From assembly GCA_042217695.1 (NCBI GenBank), contig JBDGSE010000023.1:1-23116 (forward strand): a DNA stretch of 23,116 nt, given 5' to 3'. The position numbers were made by a program, and so were the translations under genes. How positions within the stretch are numbered: position 1 is the first letter of the stretch; every line of letters begins with the position of its first letter. The stretch is from Candidatus Nanohaloarchaea archaeon. Lineage in GTDB: Archaea > Nanohalarchaeota > Nanosalinia > Nanosalinales > Nanosalinaceae. Under the pieces are notes generated by a model that made no database searches, was not told where the DNA came from, and saw only the letters and a program-made list of their open reading frames with translations. This document shows positions 8,266 to 15,691 of the stretch, piece by piece.

Positions 8266-9168
8266 CTTCTTCTCCTTCACGTAGTCGGAGGCGTTCAACG
8301 CGGCGTCGCAGCCCTGACCCGCGGAAACCACGAGTTGCTGGGCGCCTATAGTGTTGACATCGCCCGCCGCATAGAGGCCGGGTACACCGGTCTCCATTTC
8401 CTCGTTGACCTCGATGTATCCCGCGTCGTCGGTCTCCACCAGGTCAGTCAGGTCGGAGTTCGGGACGGTACCGATCTCTACGAACACGCCGGAAACCTCC
8501 AGCTCGTGTTCTTCGCCGTCTTTCTCGTAGGTCAGCTCCTCCACGAACTGCTCGCCGTCTATCTCCGTCGGCTCCGCGGAGTTGATGACCTCAACGTTTT
8601 CTGCCTCCTCCACTTGGTCGATGGTTATCTCCTCGCCGGATAGTTCCGGGGCGATGTTCACGACGTAGACCTGGCTGGCGATATCCGAGAGGTAGACCGC
8701 GGCCTCGGTGCCGGCGTAACCTCCGCCCACCACGGCGACGTCCTGTTCCTGGTAGAGGGGGCCGTCGCAGACCGCGCAGTACACGACCCCTTTATTCCGG
8801 TACTCTTCCTCTCCAGGGATGTCCAGTCTTCTGCGGTGGCCTCCGGTGGCGATTATCACCGAGTGGGACTCGAAGACCTCTCCGTCCTCGGTCTCCACCT
8901 CGAAACTGTCGCCGGGCTTCCGGATATCCACGACTTTCGAACCGGTCTCTTCCTCTACGTCGTAGTCACGCATGTGTTCCACGTACTTATCCGCCAGATC
9001 CGGGCCGGAGATGGATTTTATACCGAGATAGTTTTCGACTACATCCGTGTTGTTTATCTGGCCGCCGTACTCATCCGTCACCATCAGAACGTCCATACCG
9101 GAACGTGCAGCGTAGATAGCGGCGGAAGTACCTGCGGCCGCGCCTCCAACGATTATTAAGTCTTTCAT
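8257..9168 (-). CDS. trxB: Thioredoxin-disulfide reductase
   Basis: IIVGGAAAG, VENYLG, IIATG, YCAVCDG redox motif, VVGGGYAG, GLYAAGDV. Confidence 0.93.
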   Translation of the reverse strand: MKDLIIVGGAAAGTSAAIYAARSGMDVLMVTDEYGGQINNTDVVENYLGIKSISGPDLADKYVEHMRDYDVEEETGSKVVDIRKPGDSFEVETEDGEVFESHSVIIATGGHRRRLDIPGEEEYRNKGVVYCAVCDGPLYQEQDVAVVGGGYAGTEAAVYLSDIASQVYVVNIAPELSGEEITIDQVEEAENVEVINSAEPTEIDGEQFVEELTYEKDGEEHELEVSGVFVEIGTVPNSDLTDLVETDDAGYIEVNEEMETGVPGLYAAGDVNTIGAQQLVVSAGQGCDAALNASDYVKEKKSE

Positions 9169-9291
9169 ACACCAAGATGCTCCCGCAACCTACTTATTGG
9201 TTTCATTTGAAAGGGGTAACTCACTTACCCGGGCGAAACCCCTGGGAAAGACAGAATAGGTTTAAAACTGTAAACCCATCCAAACTACATA

Positions 9292-9375
9292 TCCGAAAGC
9301 CGCCGAAGCGCAGGCGGTTTTCCGAAAGCCATTCCGTTCGAATGGCTTATTTGCTCCAACTTTATCTAAAGTTGG
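9292..9375. repeat. Cluster of three inverted repeats immediately upstream of tRNA-Gly
   Basis: AAAGCCGCC/GGCGGTTTT (9296-9321), AAGCCATTC/GAATGGCTT (9326-9348), CCAACTTTA/TAAAGTTGG (9356-9375). Direct repeat TCCGAAAGCC at 9292 and 9321. Confidence 0.85.
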
Positions 9376-9509
9376 GCGGCGTTGGTCCAGTGGCTAAGAC
9401 ACGCGCTTGCCAACACGACTTCCTCTCCGAGGTGGTCGTTCGAGAAGCTCGCCCATAAGCTTCGAAAGGCAAATTGCGCGTAACCCGGGTTCAAATCCCG
9501 GACGCCGCA
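9376..9509 (+). tRNA. tRNA-Gly(GCC) with 62-nt intron at 37/38 (intron 9413-9474)
   Basis: GCGGCGT TG GTCC AGTGGCTA AGAC A CGCGC TT GCC A [intron] T GCGCG TAAC CCGGG TTCAAAT CCCGG ACGCCGC A. Canonical BHB: TTGC/GCAA helix with CAA and ATT bulges. Confidence 0.95.
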
Positions 9510-9580
9510 AAACTTCTGAAAGTTTTATCATCATAAGCCATGCTCTGCATGGCTTTCAAACAACAGATCTCCGAATTGCA

Positions 9581-9605
9581 TCGGGAATTCGATCCCGGAC
9601 GCCGC
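9581..9605 (+). repeat. Degenerate copy of tRNA-Gly T-arm plus acceptor 3' strand
   Basis: ATCCCGGACGCCGC (9592-9605) is identical to 9495-9508. It is preceded by TCGGGA, which can pair with TCCCGG. Confidence 0.85.
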
Positions 9606-9666
9606 GAACGGGTTGCGTTGACGGATACGTGGTGTTTTAAAGACCTGTCCTCAACTATCCGACACC

Positions 9667-10230
9667 ATGATGGGTTCCACGCACCTTGCGCTGGGAGCGT
9701 TACTGGGTTACACCGGCTTATTCCTGACGCCGGAGTACGTCCTCGCGGCAGCGGTGGGTGGTCTGATAGGCGGCGTTTTCCCGGATATTGACATGCCGTT
9801 TGACCACCGGAAGACACTGCATTTCCCGGTTTACTATTTTTTCATCGCCGTACCAGCGATGGCTCTGGCCCTGTTAATCCCTTCAGGAATCACCGTATTC
9901 CTGGCCTATTTCTTTTTCTCTGCGGCGGTGCATTCAGCTTTCGACATACTTGGATGCGGAACCGAACCCAAACCGTGGGAGGCCAACTCCGAGGAAGCCG
10001 TATACATACACTACCTCGGGCGCTGGGGGAGGCCGAGGAGACTTGTCCGGTACGATGGGGCGCCCGAAGACTTCCTGCTGACACTTCTGTTCGGTGTACC
10101 GGCATACCTCCTCTACGAGGGCAGGATAGCCCTGCTGGTTCTGGCGGCGATAGTGATAGGTGGTCTTTACTCGTTGATCAGGCGGCGTCTGACCGAGTTC
10201 CTTTACCGGCGATGGCCGGAACTTTTCTAA
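9667..10230 (+). CDS. Membrane-bound metal-dependent hydrolase (YdjM/DUF457-like)
   Basis: STH, FPDID, HRKTLH, HSAFD motifs; hydrophobic helices; TTTTAAAG about 25 nt upstream. Confidence 0.85.
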   Translation: MMGSTHLALGALLGYTGLFLTPEYVLAAAVGGLIGGVFPDIDMPFDHRKTLHFPVYYFFIAVPAMALALLIPSGITVFLAYFFFSAAVHSAFDILGCGTEPKPWEANSEEAVYIHYLGRWGRPRRLVRYDGAPEDFLLTLLFGVPAYLLYEGRIALLVLAAIVIGGLYSLIRRRLTEFLYRRWPELF

Positions 10231-10252
10231 CTCTGAAGCCGTAATAATACAT

Positions 10253-10801
10253 ATGGAGTGCATCGCGTGCGGCGCCCCCATCGATGAGAAGGTTGAGAAG
10301 GGAGGTAGAGAGTTCTACCTGTGTGAAAACGGCCACGAGCTTCCAAGGGCCAGGATAGAGGACGAGGAGATAGAAAAGATAGAGTTCCGGGGCGACCAGA
10401 TACACGTCAGTGTGGGAGTGGTGGTGACCTCTGGTGAGAAAGTGCTGCTTCTGGAACGACGGAAATACCCGTACCAGCACACCATCCCCGCGGGACACCT
10501 GAAACGGGACGAAGAACCTGTGGACGGCGCCATACGTGAACTACGGGAGGAGACCGGCATAGAGATAGTGGATGAGAGCCTGGATCGTATGGAGGAGGCC
10601 GAGGGCGTGCTTGCAGACCCGTGCCGCAGGGGAGAACAGTACCACCGCTGGTTCTTCTTCCACAAAGAGCTTGGAAGAGAGGCGGAGGCCGAGGTAAACG
10701 ACGAAGCCTCCCGGGCGCTATGGGTCGCAAAAGAGGAGCTCGACGACTACGACCTGACTGCTCCGACCCTGTACCTGGCCGACCACGACTACATACCATA
10801 A
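10253..10801 (+). CDS. NUDIX hydrolase with N-terminal zinc ribbon
   Basis: Nudix box PAGHLKRDEEPVDGAIRELREETG; N-terminal CIAC...CENGH. Confidence 0.88.
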   Translation: MECIACGAPIDEKVEKGGREFYLCENGHELPRARIEDEEIEKIEFRGDQIHVSVGVVVTSGEKVLLLERRKYPYQHTIPAGHLKRDEEPVDGAIRELREETGIEIVDESLDRMEEAEGVLADPCRRGEQYHRWFFFHKELGREAEAEVNDEASRALWVAKEELDDYDLTAPTLYLADHDYIP

Positions 10802-10832
10802 AAAACTTCCAGTAGAAACTTCTTCCAGTAAA

Positions 10833-10977
10833 GGGCCCGTAGCTCAGCCAGGACAGAGCGAGCGGCTTCGGCCAACTGGTTACGCTCAGTTGACACGCAA
10901 ACACCGCCGTTAGCGGTGGTCGGCGTAGCCGACTGGAGGATACCGCTAGGTCCAGGGTTCAAATCCCTGCGGGCTCG
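10833..10977 (+). tRNA. tRNA-Arg(TCG) with 70-nt intron at 37/38 (intron 10872-10941)
   Basis: GGGCCCG TA GCTC AGCCAGGACA GAGC G AGCGG CT TCG G [intron] A CCGCT AGGTC CAGGG TTCAAAT CCCTG CGGGCTC G. BHB: CTTC/GAGG helix with GGC and ATA bulges. Confidence 0.95.
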
Positions 10978-11029
10978 TTTCACGATCCCAAGGAATTTGA
11001 TGTCAGAAGCTCCCTTGCCGGCGAGCTTC

Positions 11030-11109
11030 GGGTTCAAATCTTGAAGTTCTCTTTTGAGAACTTCTGCTCTAGAAAACCTCTACGAGGTTTTCCTACCCTG
11101 CGGGCTCGT
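11030..11109 (+). repeat. Copy of tRNA-Arg(TCG) 3' end interrupted by a 56-nt double-hairpin insert
   Basis: GGGTTCAAAT (11030-11039) and CCCTGCGGGCTCGT (11096-11109) together reproduce 10955-10978 exactly. The insert holds two perfect 9-bp hairpins. Confidence 0.85.
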
Positions 11110-11175
11110 CTTCGTCGACCCACCGCTTATATTTTAAAGTGTTTGTAGCATCATTCACCTATACGGCTGTTCTTT

Positions 11176-11258
11176 GCGGGGGTAGCCAAGTGGTCAAAGG
11201 CGCAGCGTTCAGGGCGCTGTCCCTTAGGGGTTCGCAAGTTCGAATCTTGCCCCCCGCA
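11176..11258 (+). tRNA. tRNA-Leu(CAG), intronless
   Basis: GCGGGGG TA GCC AAGTGGTCAAA GGC G CAGCG TT CAG GG CGCTG, long variable arm, GCAAG TTCGAAT CTTGC CCCCCGC A. Confidence 0.97.
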
Positions 11259-11390
11259 ACTTAACTTTTTAACCTCAGATCAGTTTCTGAACATAATTAT
11301 CTCCAGGAAATTTCCTGAGCTGTCGATTATTTAATCTAGCTGAGAAGTATGTTAAATCTTTTAAATCTTTACAACGCTTACAATGTTATT

Positions 11391-11582
11391 GTGTCTGCGA
11401 CAAAGAGAATTCCGGTTTCGGAAGAAACATGGAAAGAACTGGGTAAAGAGAAAGAGCCAGGTCAGACCTGGGACGAACTGCTCGAACAGCTTCACGTAAA
11501 GGCTATGAAGAATCAGGTAGCTTCAAAGGCCAGAAAGGCGAAGAATGAGGATCTTGAGACAGTGGCTCTAGATGACGTATGA
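11391..11582 (+). CDS. Putative antitoxin (small RHH-like DNA-binding protein)
   Basis: KRIPVSEETWKELGKEKEPGQTWDELL resembles archaeal RHH-type antitoxins. It overlaps the toxin start. GTG start at 11391, about 25 nt after a TTTTAAAT box. Confidence 0.75.
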   Translation: MSATKRIPVSEETWKELGKEKEPGQTWDELLEQLHVKAMKNQVASKARKAKNEDLETVALDDV

Positions 11583-11862
11583 AATAAGGGTAGATGTAGA
11601 TGCTGCTGATTTTCTCAATTCCAGGGATGAGAAGACGCAATCCATAATCAAAGAAAATCTGGGTAAACTAAAGGATGAACCCTACCCCTCACCCGAAGCT
11701 CAGTCCGGTGATAGGGAAAAAGTAACAGTTAATGGCGAAGAAGTTTACAGACTGCATATATCCAGAAGCTATACTGCTTTCTATATTGTCAACGAGGGGG
11801 AAGATCAAGTGATTGTCACAGATATAGTTGATATCGACACAGCACACAAAATGTACGATTAA
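11572..11862 (+). CDS. relE: RelE/ParE-superfamily toxin
   Basis: MTYEI...AADFL...IIKENLGKL..PYP...VYRLHISRSYTAFY.V; 96 aa; downstream of a small antitoxin-like gene. Confidence 0.8.
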   Translation: MTYEIRVDVDAADFLNSRDEKTQSIIKENLGKLKDEPYPSPEAQSGDREKVTVNGEEVYRLHISRSYTAFYIVNEGEDQVIVTDIVDIDTAHKMYD

Positions 11863-12317
11863 GAATTTAACATAGACAGACTACACACTTAATTTTCTAA
11901 CCTGGGGCATCAAATAGGTGTTTAAAAGTTAAGCAGAAACCTTAGACAGGGTTAAAGCCTTAACAAAAAACTTAGAATTACGCATAAGTCTTGTCACGTG
12001 TCTTCCACAAACAAGTTTTGCTCAGTACAAGATTCGATAGTAGAAGGCCTTGTCTTCGAATTCGACATCTTGTCTCCCGCACTCTTCCTTTGGAAGAGGT
12101 GGTAGAGCTAGAATCCAGTTCGAATCTAGCGGCCCGCACACTTCCTTCGGATATACTCTGAAAAGCACTCAGAGAGCCTGTCCCTTCCCGCATAAATACC
12201 TCTGCTTCAGGCAATAACCTTTTCCTTTTTCAGGCTCTGTGGACCGTATTTTCAGGGTTACTGGCGGGTAACCCCGGTCCAACCTATTTAAAGGTTCGTG
12301 GTTTATCCAAAGGTATT

Positions 12318-12623
12318 ATGACGGACGAAAACGAGCAGGAGGAACTCGAGGACGTAAAACAGGAAAAAGCCGAGGAGCTCGCCGCTGGAGACCACGAGAT
12401 AGAGATCTTCACCACTCCTAGCTGTCCGTACTGCGCCAAGCTGAAGCAGTGGATGGAGGAAGAAGGTATCGAATACAAGGAGTGGGATGTCGCATCTAAC
12501 CGTGAAAAAGCGGTGGAGATGATCCAGATGACCGGCCAGCAGGGAGTTCCGCAGACGATCATCGACGGCGAGGAAGCGGTCATCGGGTTCCAGCCTGACA
12601 GGATAAAGGAAATCATCTCCTGA
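12318..12623 (+). CDS. Glutaredoxin (NrdH/YruB-like)
   Basis: FTTPSCPYC, TGQQGVPQT, VIGFQPD. Confidence 0.93.
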   Translation: MTDENEQEELEDVKQEKAEELAAGDHEIEIFTTPSCPYCAKLKQWMEEEGIEYKEWDVASNREKAVEMIQMTGQQGVPQTIIDGEEAVIGFQPDRIKEIIS

Positions 12624-12699
12624 ATCTTTCCTTTTTCTCCCTCCTTTTTCTGCTGGTTACCGCAAGAGGCATAAGTGTAGGACCAATTAATGTGCCTGT

Positions 12700-13038
12700 A
12701 TGGACTGCTCTCAAGAACTGAAAGACCTCTTGAATGTTCTCTACGATTTATCTCCCCGTGAATCCGAGGTACTGAGCTATCTCTGCAGGGAGGAGGCAAG
12801 GATAGAGGAGCTCTCCGAGCTCACCGGTAAAGACCGTTCCACCGTACAGAAGTATCTTTACTCGCTGAGAGATTCTGGCCTGGTGTCCCGGGAGAGTGTG
12901 CCGACCTCGAAGGGCAAGGGCAGGTACTTTGTCTACTACGTGAAGGATGTTGCGGAGCTGAAGGAGAAAGTTCGGGCGAGACTCGAGGACTGGGAGGAGA
13001 AGAAACTCCGGGTGCTGGAGGAGGACCTTCCCGCGTGA
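12700..13038 (+). CDS. Winged-helix (TrmB-like HTH) transcriptional regulator
   Basis: LSPRESEVL...ELSELTGKDRSTVQKYLYSLRDSGLV...GRYFVY. Confidence 0.85.
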   Translation: MDCSQELKDLLNVLYDLSPRESEVLSYLCREEARIEELSELTGKDRSTVQKYLYSLRDSGLVSRESVPTSKGKGRYFVYYVKDVAELKEKVRARLEDWEEKKLRVLEEDLPA

Positions 13039-13076
13039 AGCAAACGCCTTTAACCGTTCAGGGTTAATCCCTGTTC

Positions 13077-13469
13077 ATGGAGAGGAAAGACCTTCTCTTA
13101 CTGGCAGCCGTGTTTGTAGCGGCTTTCTCTGCTGGCTGGATGTCCTACAGTATTACCCGACCATCTCTTTACCAGTCAGGGCTTAACGCTACGGTGGACG
13201 CCCAGAATGGGGTGAGAGATGTCAGTTTTGACAACCGTTCGATATCCTTGATGCACAGCAACTCGGCGAAAGGCAGCTTCTTCCTGGATATTGACCGGGA
13301 TGGTTCTCCCGAGCGCAAGATCGAGGTGGAGCATGACGGCGAGATCCACCAGAAACAGGTGTTCGCGACTGTGAGGGGTAACACCTACATCCTTTACCTG
13401 CGTTACAGTGATAATCCGGAGAAAAAGGATGATGCCTGGATGACAGTCTACAAGGTTGAAGAGGTCTAA
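13077..13469 (+). CDS. Hypothetical secreted or membrane-anchored protein
   Basis: N-terminal basic plus hydrophobic signal-like segment; TTTAA box upstream. Confidence 0.65.
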   Translation: MERKDLLLLAAVFVAAFSAGWMSYSITRPSLYQSGLNATVDAQNGVRDVSFDNRSISLMHSNSAKGSFFLDIDRDGSPERKIEVEHDGEIHQKQVFATVRGNTYILYLRYSDNPEKKDDAWMTVYKVEEV

Positions 13470-13505
13470 TAGAGTTTTTTAAACAACCAGAGAGAATAGC
13501 TCTAT

Positions 13506-13910
13506 ATGGAAATAGAAGACCTGCCCTTGAGCGAAGACGCTATAATAATATCCGGAGGAATCCTTACCGCTGTGGTGGGTGGCCTGGCCACGCAGATGGG
13601 TGTTATCTCCCCCCGGATGATCCAGCTCATATCGGTCATCGTGCTTTTCACCGCGCCTGTCTCCATCTACAGCGGTAAAAGGGTGTGGGGCGGGGAGGTG
13701 GCCCAGAATATGCAGTTCGTGGCTGTCGGCCTCGTGGCTGTCATCTTCAAGATGCTTCCCGACCTCCTCTGGGCTGGCCGGAAGATGACTCTATTCGGAC
13801 TGACCAACAGCTTCTGGATGGGGTTCTTTAACTTCCTCGGTGCGGTAGGGTTCGCCCTTGTTAGCTATGGATTCTACCGCTTCTGGAAGCTTGCAAAGGT
13901 CAAGACCTGA
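13506..13910 (+). CDS. Hypothetical membrane protein (about 4 TM)
   Basis: Hydrophobic segments; TTTTTAAA about 25 nt upstream. Confidence 0.65.
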   Translation: MEIEDLPLSEDAIIISGGILTAVVGGLATQMGVISPRMIQLISVIVLFTAPVSIYSGKRVWGGEVAQNMQFVAVGLVAVIFKMLPDLLWAGRKMTLFGLTNSFWMGFFNFLGAVGFALVSYGFYRFWKLAKVKT

Positions 13911-14699
13911 TCACCAGTCAGGCGAGAAACCCGGGTCAACCATCCTTTCCTCTCTTTCTATCGAATCTATCTTCTCTATGTCCTCCTCATCGAGCTCGAG
14001 ATCCAGCGCTTTCAGGTTGTCCCTGATGTGCTCCTCGGAGGTTGCCTTCGGTATCACCCGGACGTTCTCCTTCTCTAGTAGCCAGGCAAGGCTGACCTGG
14101 GCCTCGCTTACGCCGTGTTTCTCCGCTACCTGATTTATCTCGGGTACGTTGAACACTTCGCCGCGGGCCAGCGGCGAGTAGGCCACCAGGTAGATATCGT
14201 TCTCCTGGCAGTAATCCAGTAGTTCGTCCTGCTGGAGAAGAGGATGCATCTCGACCTGGTTCGCTGCTATGCCCGGTGCGATCCGTAGCGCCTCGTCTAG
14301 GAGTTCAGGAGTGAAGTTGCTGACGCCGATGTTCTCTATCATGCCTTCTTCCTTCATCTCCTGGAACGCTTCCAGGGTCTCCTTTGCGGAGTACTCGCCT
14401 GAAGGCCAGTGGACATACATCAGATCCACGCTTTCCACGCCAAGTTTATCCAGGCTTTCCCGGGTGCTGCTTATCACGTCTTCAGGAGAGAGATTGGAGT
14501 TCCAGACCTTGGATGCCAGGAAGATATCGTCGCGGGAGACACTTGACTCCTCTATCCCCTGTCCGACATACTCCTCGTTGTCGTAGGCCTGAGCGGTATC
14601 GATGTGACGGTACCCCATCTCCAGGGCTGTTGAAACCGATTTTGCACACTTTGGTCCTTTGTTCTGCCAGGTTCCAAGTCCTATAGAAGGTATCTTCAT
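13911..14699 (-). CDS. Aldo/keto reductase
   Basis: IGLGTW, GYRHIDTAQAYDNE, LASKVW, DLMYVHWP, IGVSNF, NQVEMHP, AYSPLARG, VIPKA. ATG at 14699. Confidence 0.96.
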   Translation of the reverse strand: MKIPSIGLGTWQNKGPKCAKSVSTALEMGYRHIDTAQAYDNEEYVGQGIEESSVSRDDIFLASKVWNSNLSPEDVISSTRESLDKLGVESVDLMYVHWPSGEYSAKETLEAFQEMKEEGMIENIGVSNFTPELLDEALRIAPGIAANQVEMHPLLQQDELLDYCQENDIYLVAYSPLARGEVFNVPEINQVAEKHGVSEAQVSLAWLLEKENVRVIPKATSEEHIRDNLKALDLELDEEDIEKIDSIEREERMVDPGFSPDW

Positions 14700-14788
14700 A
14701 TCTGTATTACACGAAGCCAAAGGTTAAACCTGTTGATTCGGAGGAGTTTTCATAAACTCTTTTATTCGAGATGTTGACCTACATAAAT

Positions 14789-15175
14789 ATGGCCAGGTCG
14801 CTTTCAGAGCTTTCTGGGAAAAGCAAAGACTGTGATTTCATCCTTAAGTTTGTATACGGGCTGAATGAGCTTGATAGACGCGTATTCAGGGCTCTATCGG
14901 ATAACGGTAGAGGCATGAAGATAGATTCTCTTGCAGCGGAGCTGGGTAAAGACCGTTCCACCATCTACCGGTCGGCCCAGAGGCTCAAGGAGACTGATCT
15001 GGTCGAGAAGAGGAAGGTGGACTACGATTCGGGGGGATACTACCATGTCTATGTGCCTGAATCTCCGGGGGAGGCGGCCGAAGATATGAGAACGCAGGTC
15101 AGCGATTGGGAGGAGAAGATGTCGGAGATGATCGAGGAGTTCCGTGACTCATGTGACCAACAGGGAACCGATTGA
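14789..15175 (+). CDS. Winged-helix (TrmB-like HTH) transcriptional regulator, paralogue of 12700-13038
   Basis: YGLNELDRRVF...LAAELGKDRSTIYRSAQRL...GGYYHVY. Confidence 0.85.
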   Translation: MARSLSELSGKSKDCDFILKFVYGLNELDRRVFRALSDNGRGMKIDSLAAELGKDRSTIYRSAQRLKETDLVEKRKVDYDSGGYYHVYVPESPGEAAEDMRTQVSDWEEKMSEMIEEFRDSCDQQGTD

Positions 15176-15217
15176 TTTTTATCCGGGGAAACCCAAAATG
15201 TCGGAAGGAGGAAACCC

Positions 15218-15691
15218 TTGATGGAAATCGGTATCAGCTTCACTCTTCTGGTCGGAGTCTTCTCCGGATTTGTCGCAGGCATGGCGTTCTGGTCTTTCCG
15301 GGACGTATTCGGTCTCTCCGATGCCCCTGGGCGAGAGCTCGCATCATATCTTCCCGGTTCAAACTATGTAGACGCCACCTACCGCGAGGCCCGTTCCGCC
15401 GAGATAGTTGCTGCTGCACTTCTGGGAGGGACATACGCCGTGCTTTATCACGGTCTGGCGGTTTTTACCTCCGGGGCACCGGCGCTCAGCCATTCCGCGC
15501 TCACACTTGCAGTGCTCTACGGTCTTCTGGTGCCTTTTACCGGGGCAGAGATGGTGGATCGCCTGAACAACTCCCCCGAATTCCTGGAGGCTTACCGCAG
15601 GCATAAACTGAAGTGGGGCTTCCTTTACTTTGTCTACGGCACGGTACTTGGGATCGTTTTCCACTTCGCAATCTACACTCTGGCCATCTAG
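15218..15691 (+). CDS. Hypothetical membrane protein
   Basis: About four hydrophobic segments; fills the gap between neighbouring genes. Confidence 0.6.
   Translation: MMEIGISFTLLVGVFSGFVAGMAFWSFRDVFGLSDAPGRELASYLPGSNYVDATYREARSAEIVAAALLGGTYAVLYHGLAVFTSGAPALSHSALTLAVLYGLLVPFTGAEMVDRLNNSPEFLEAYRRHKLKWGFLYFVYGTVLGIVFHFAIYTLAI

Larger units (their letters stand above)
11259..12138. mobile_element. Small AT-rich islet or remnant between tRNA-Leu and degenerate copies of its 3' end
   Basis: Visibly AT-richer than the flanking genes and carries the TA pair. AGTTCGAATCTAGCGGCCCGCA (12117-12138) matches tRNA-Leu 11237-11258 at 19/22. No integrase is visible. Confidence 0.55.

Noticed and set aside
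9292..9605. CRISPR-like array
   Set aside because: The hairpins differ in sequence and spacing, there is no constant repeat with unique spacers, and no cas genes are in the window.
9177..9817. ORFs over the tRNA-Gly region (9177-9458, 9407-9640, 9491-9817); similarly 5783-5989, 10789-11037 and 11978-12214
   Set aside because: They overlap tRNA genes or hairpin tracts and have a non-acidic composition atypical for this proteome.
10801..10832. TTCCAGTAGAAAC resembles the archaeal ORB core (TTCCAGTGGAAAC); CTTCCAGTA is duplicated
   Set aside because: Single copy in a 31-bp gap, with no AT-rich unwinding element, no inverted partner and about 5 kb from cdc6.
11030..11109. Split (trans-spliced) tRNA half
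   Set aside because: No BHB junction, no complementary leader and no partner half visible. The intact gene is adjacent.
12826..14962. Exact 18-nt repeat GGTAAAGACCGTTCCACC in two places
   Set aside because: It encodes the conserved GKDRST HTH motif of two paralogous regulators.
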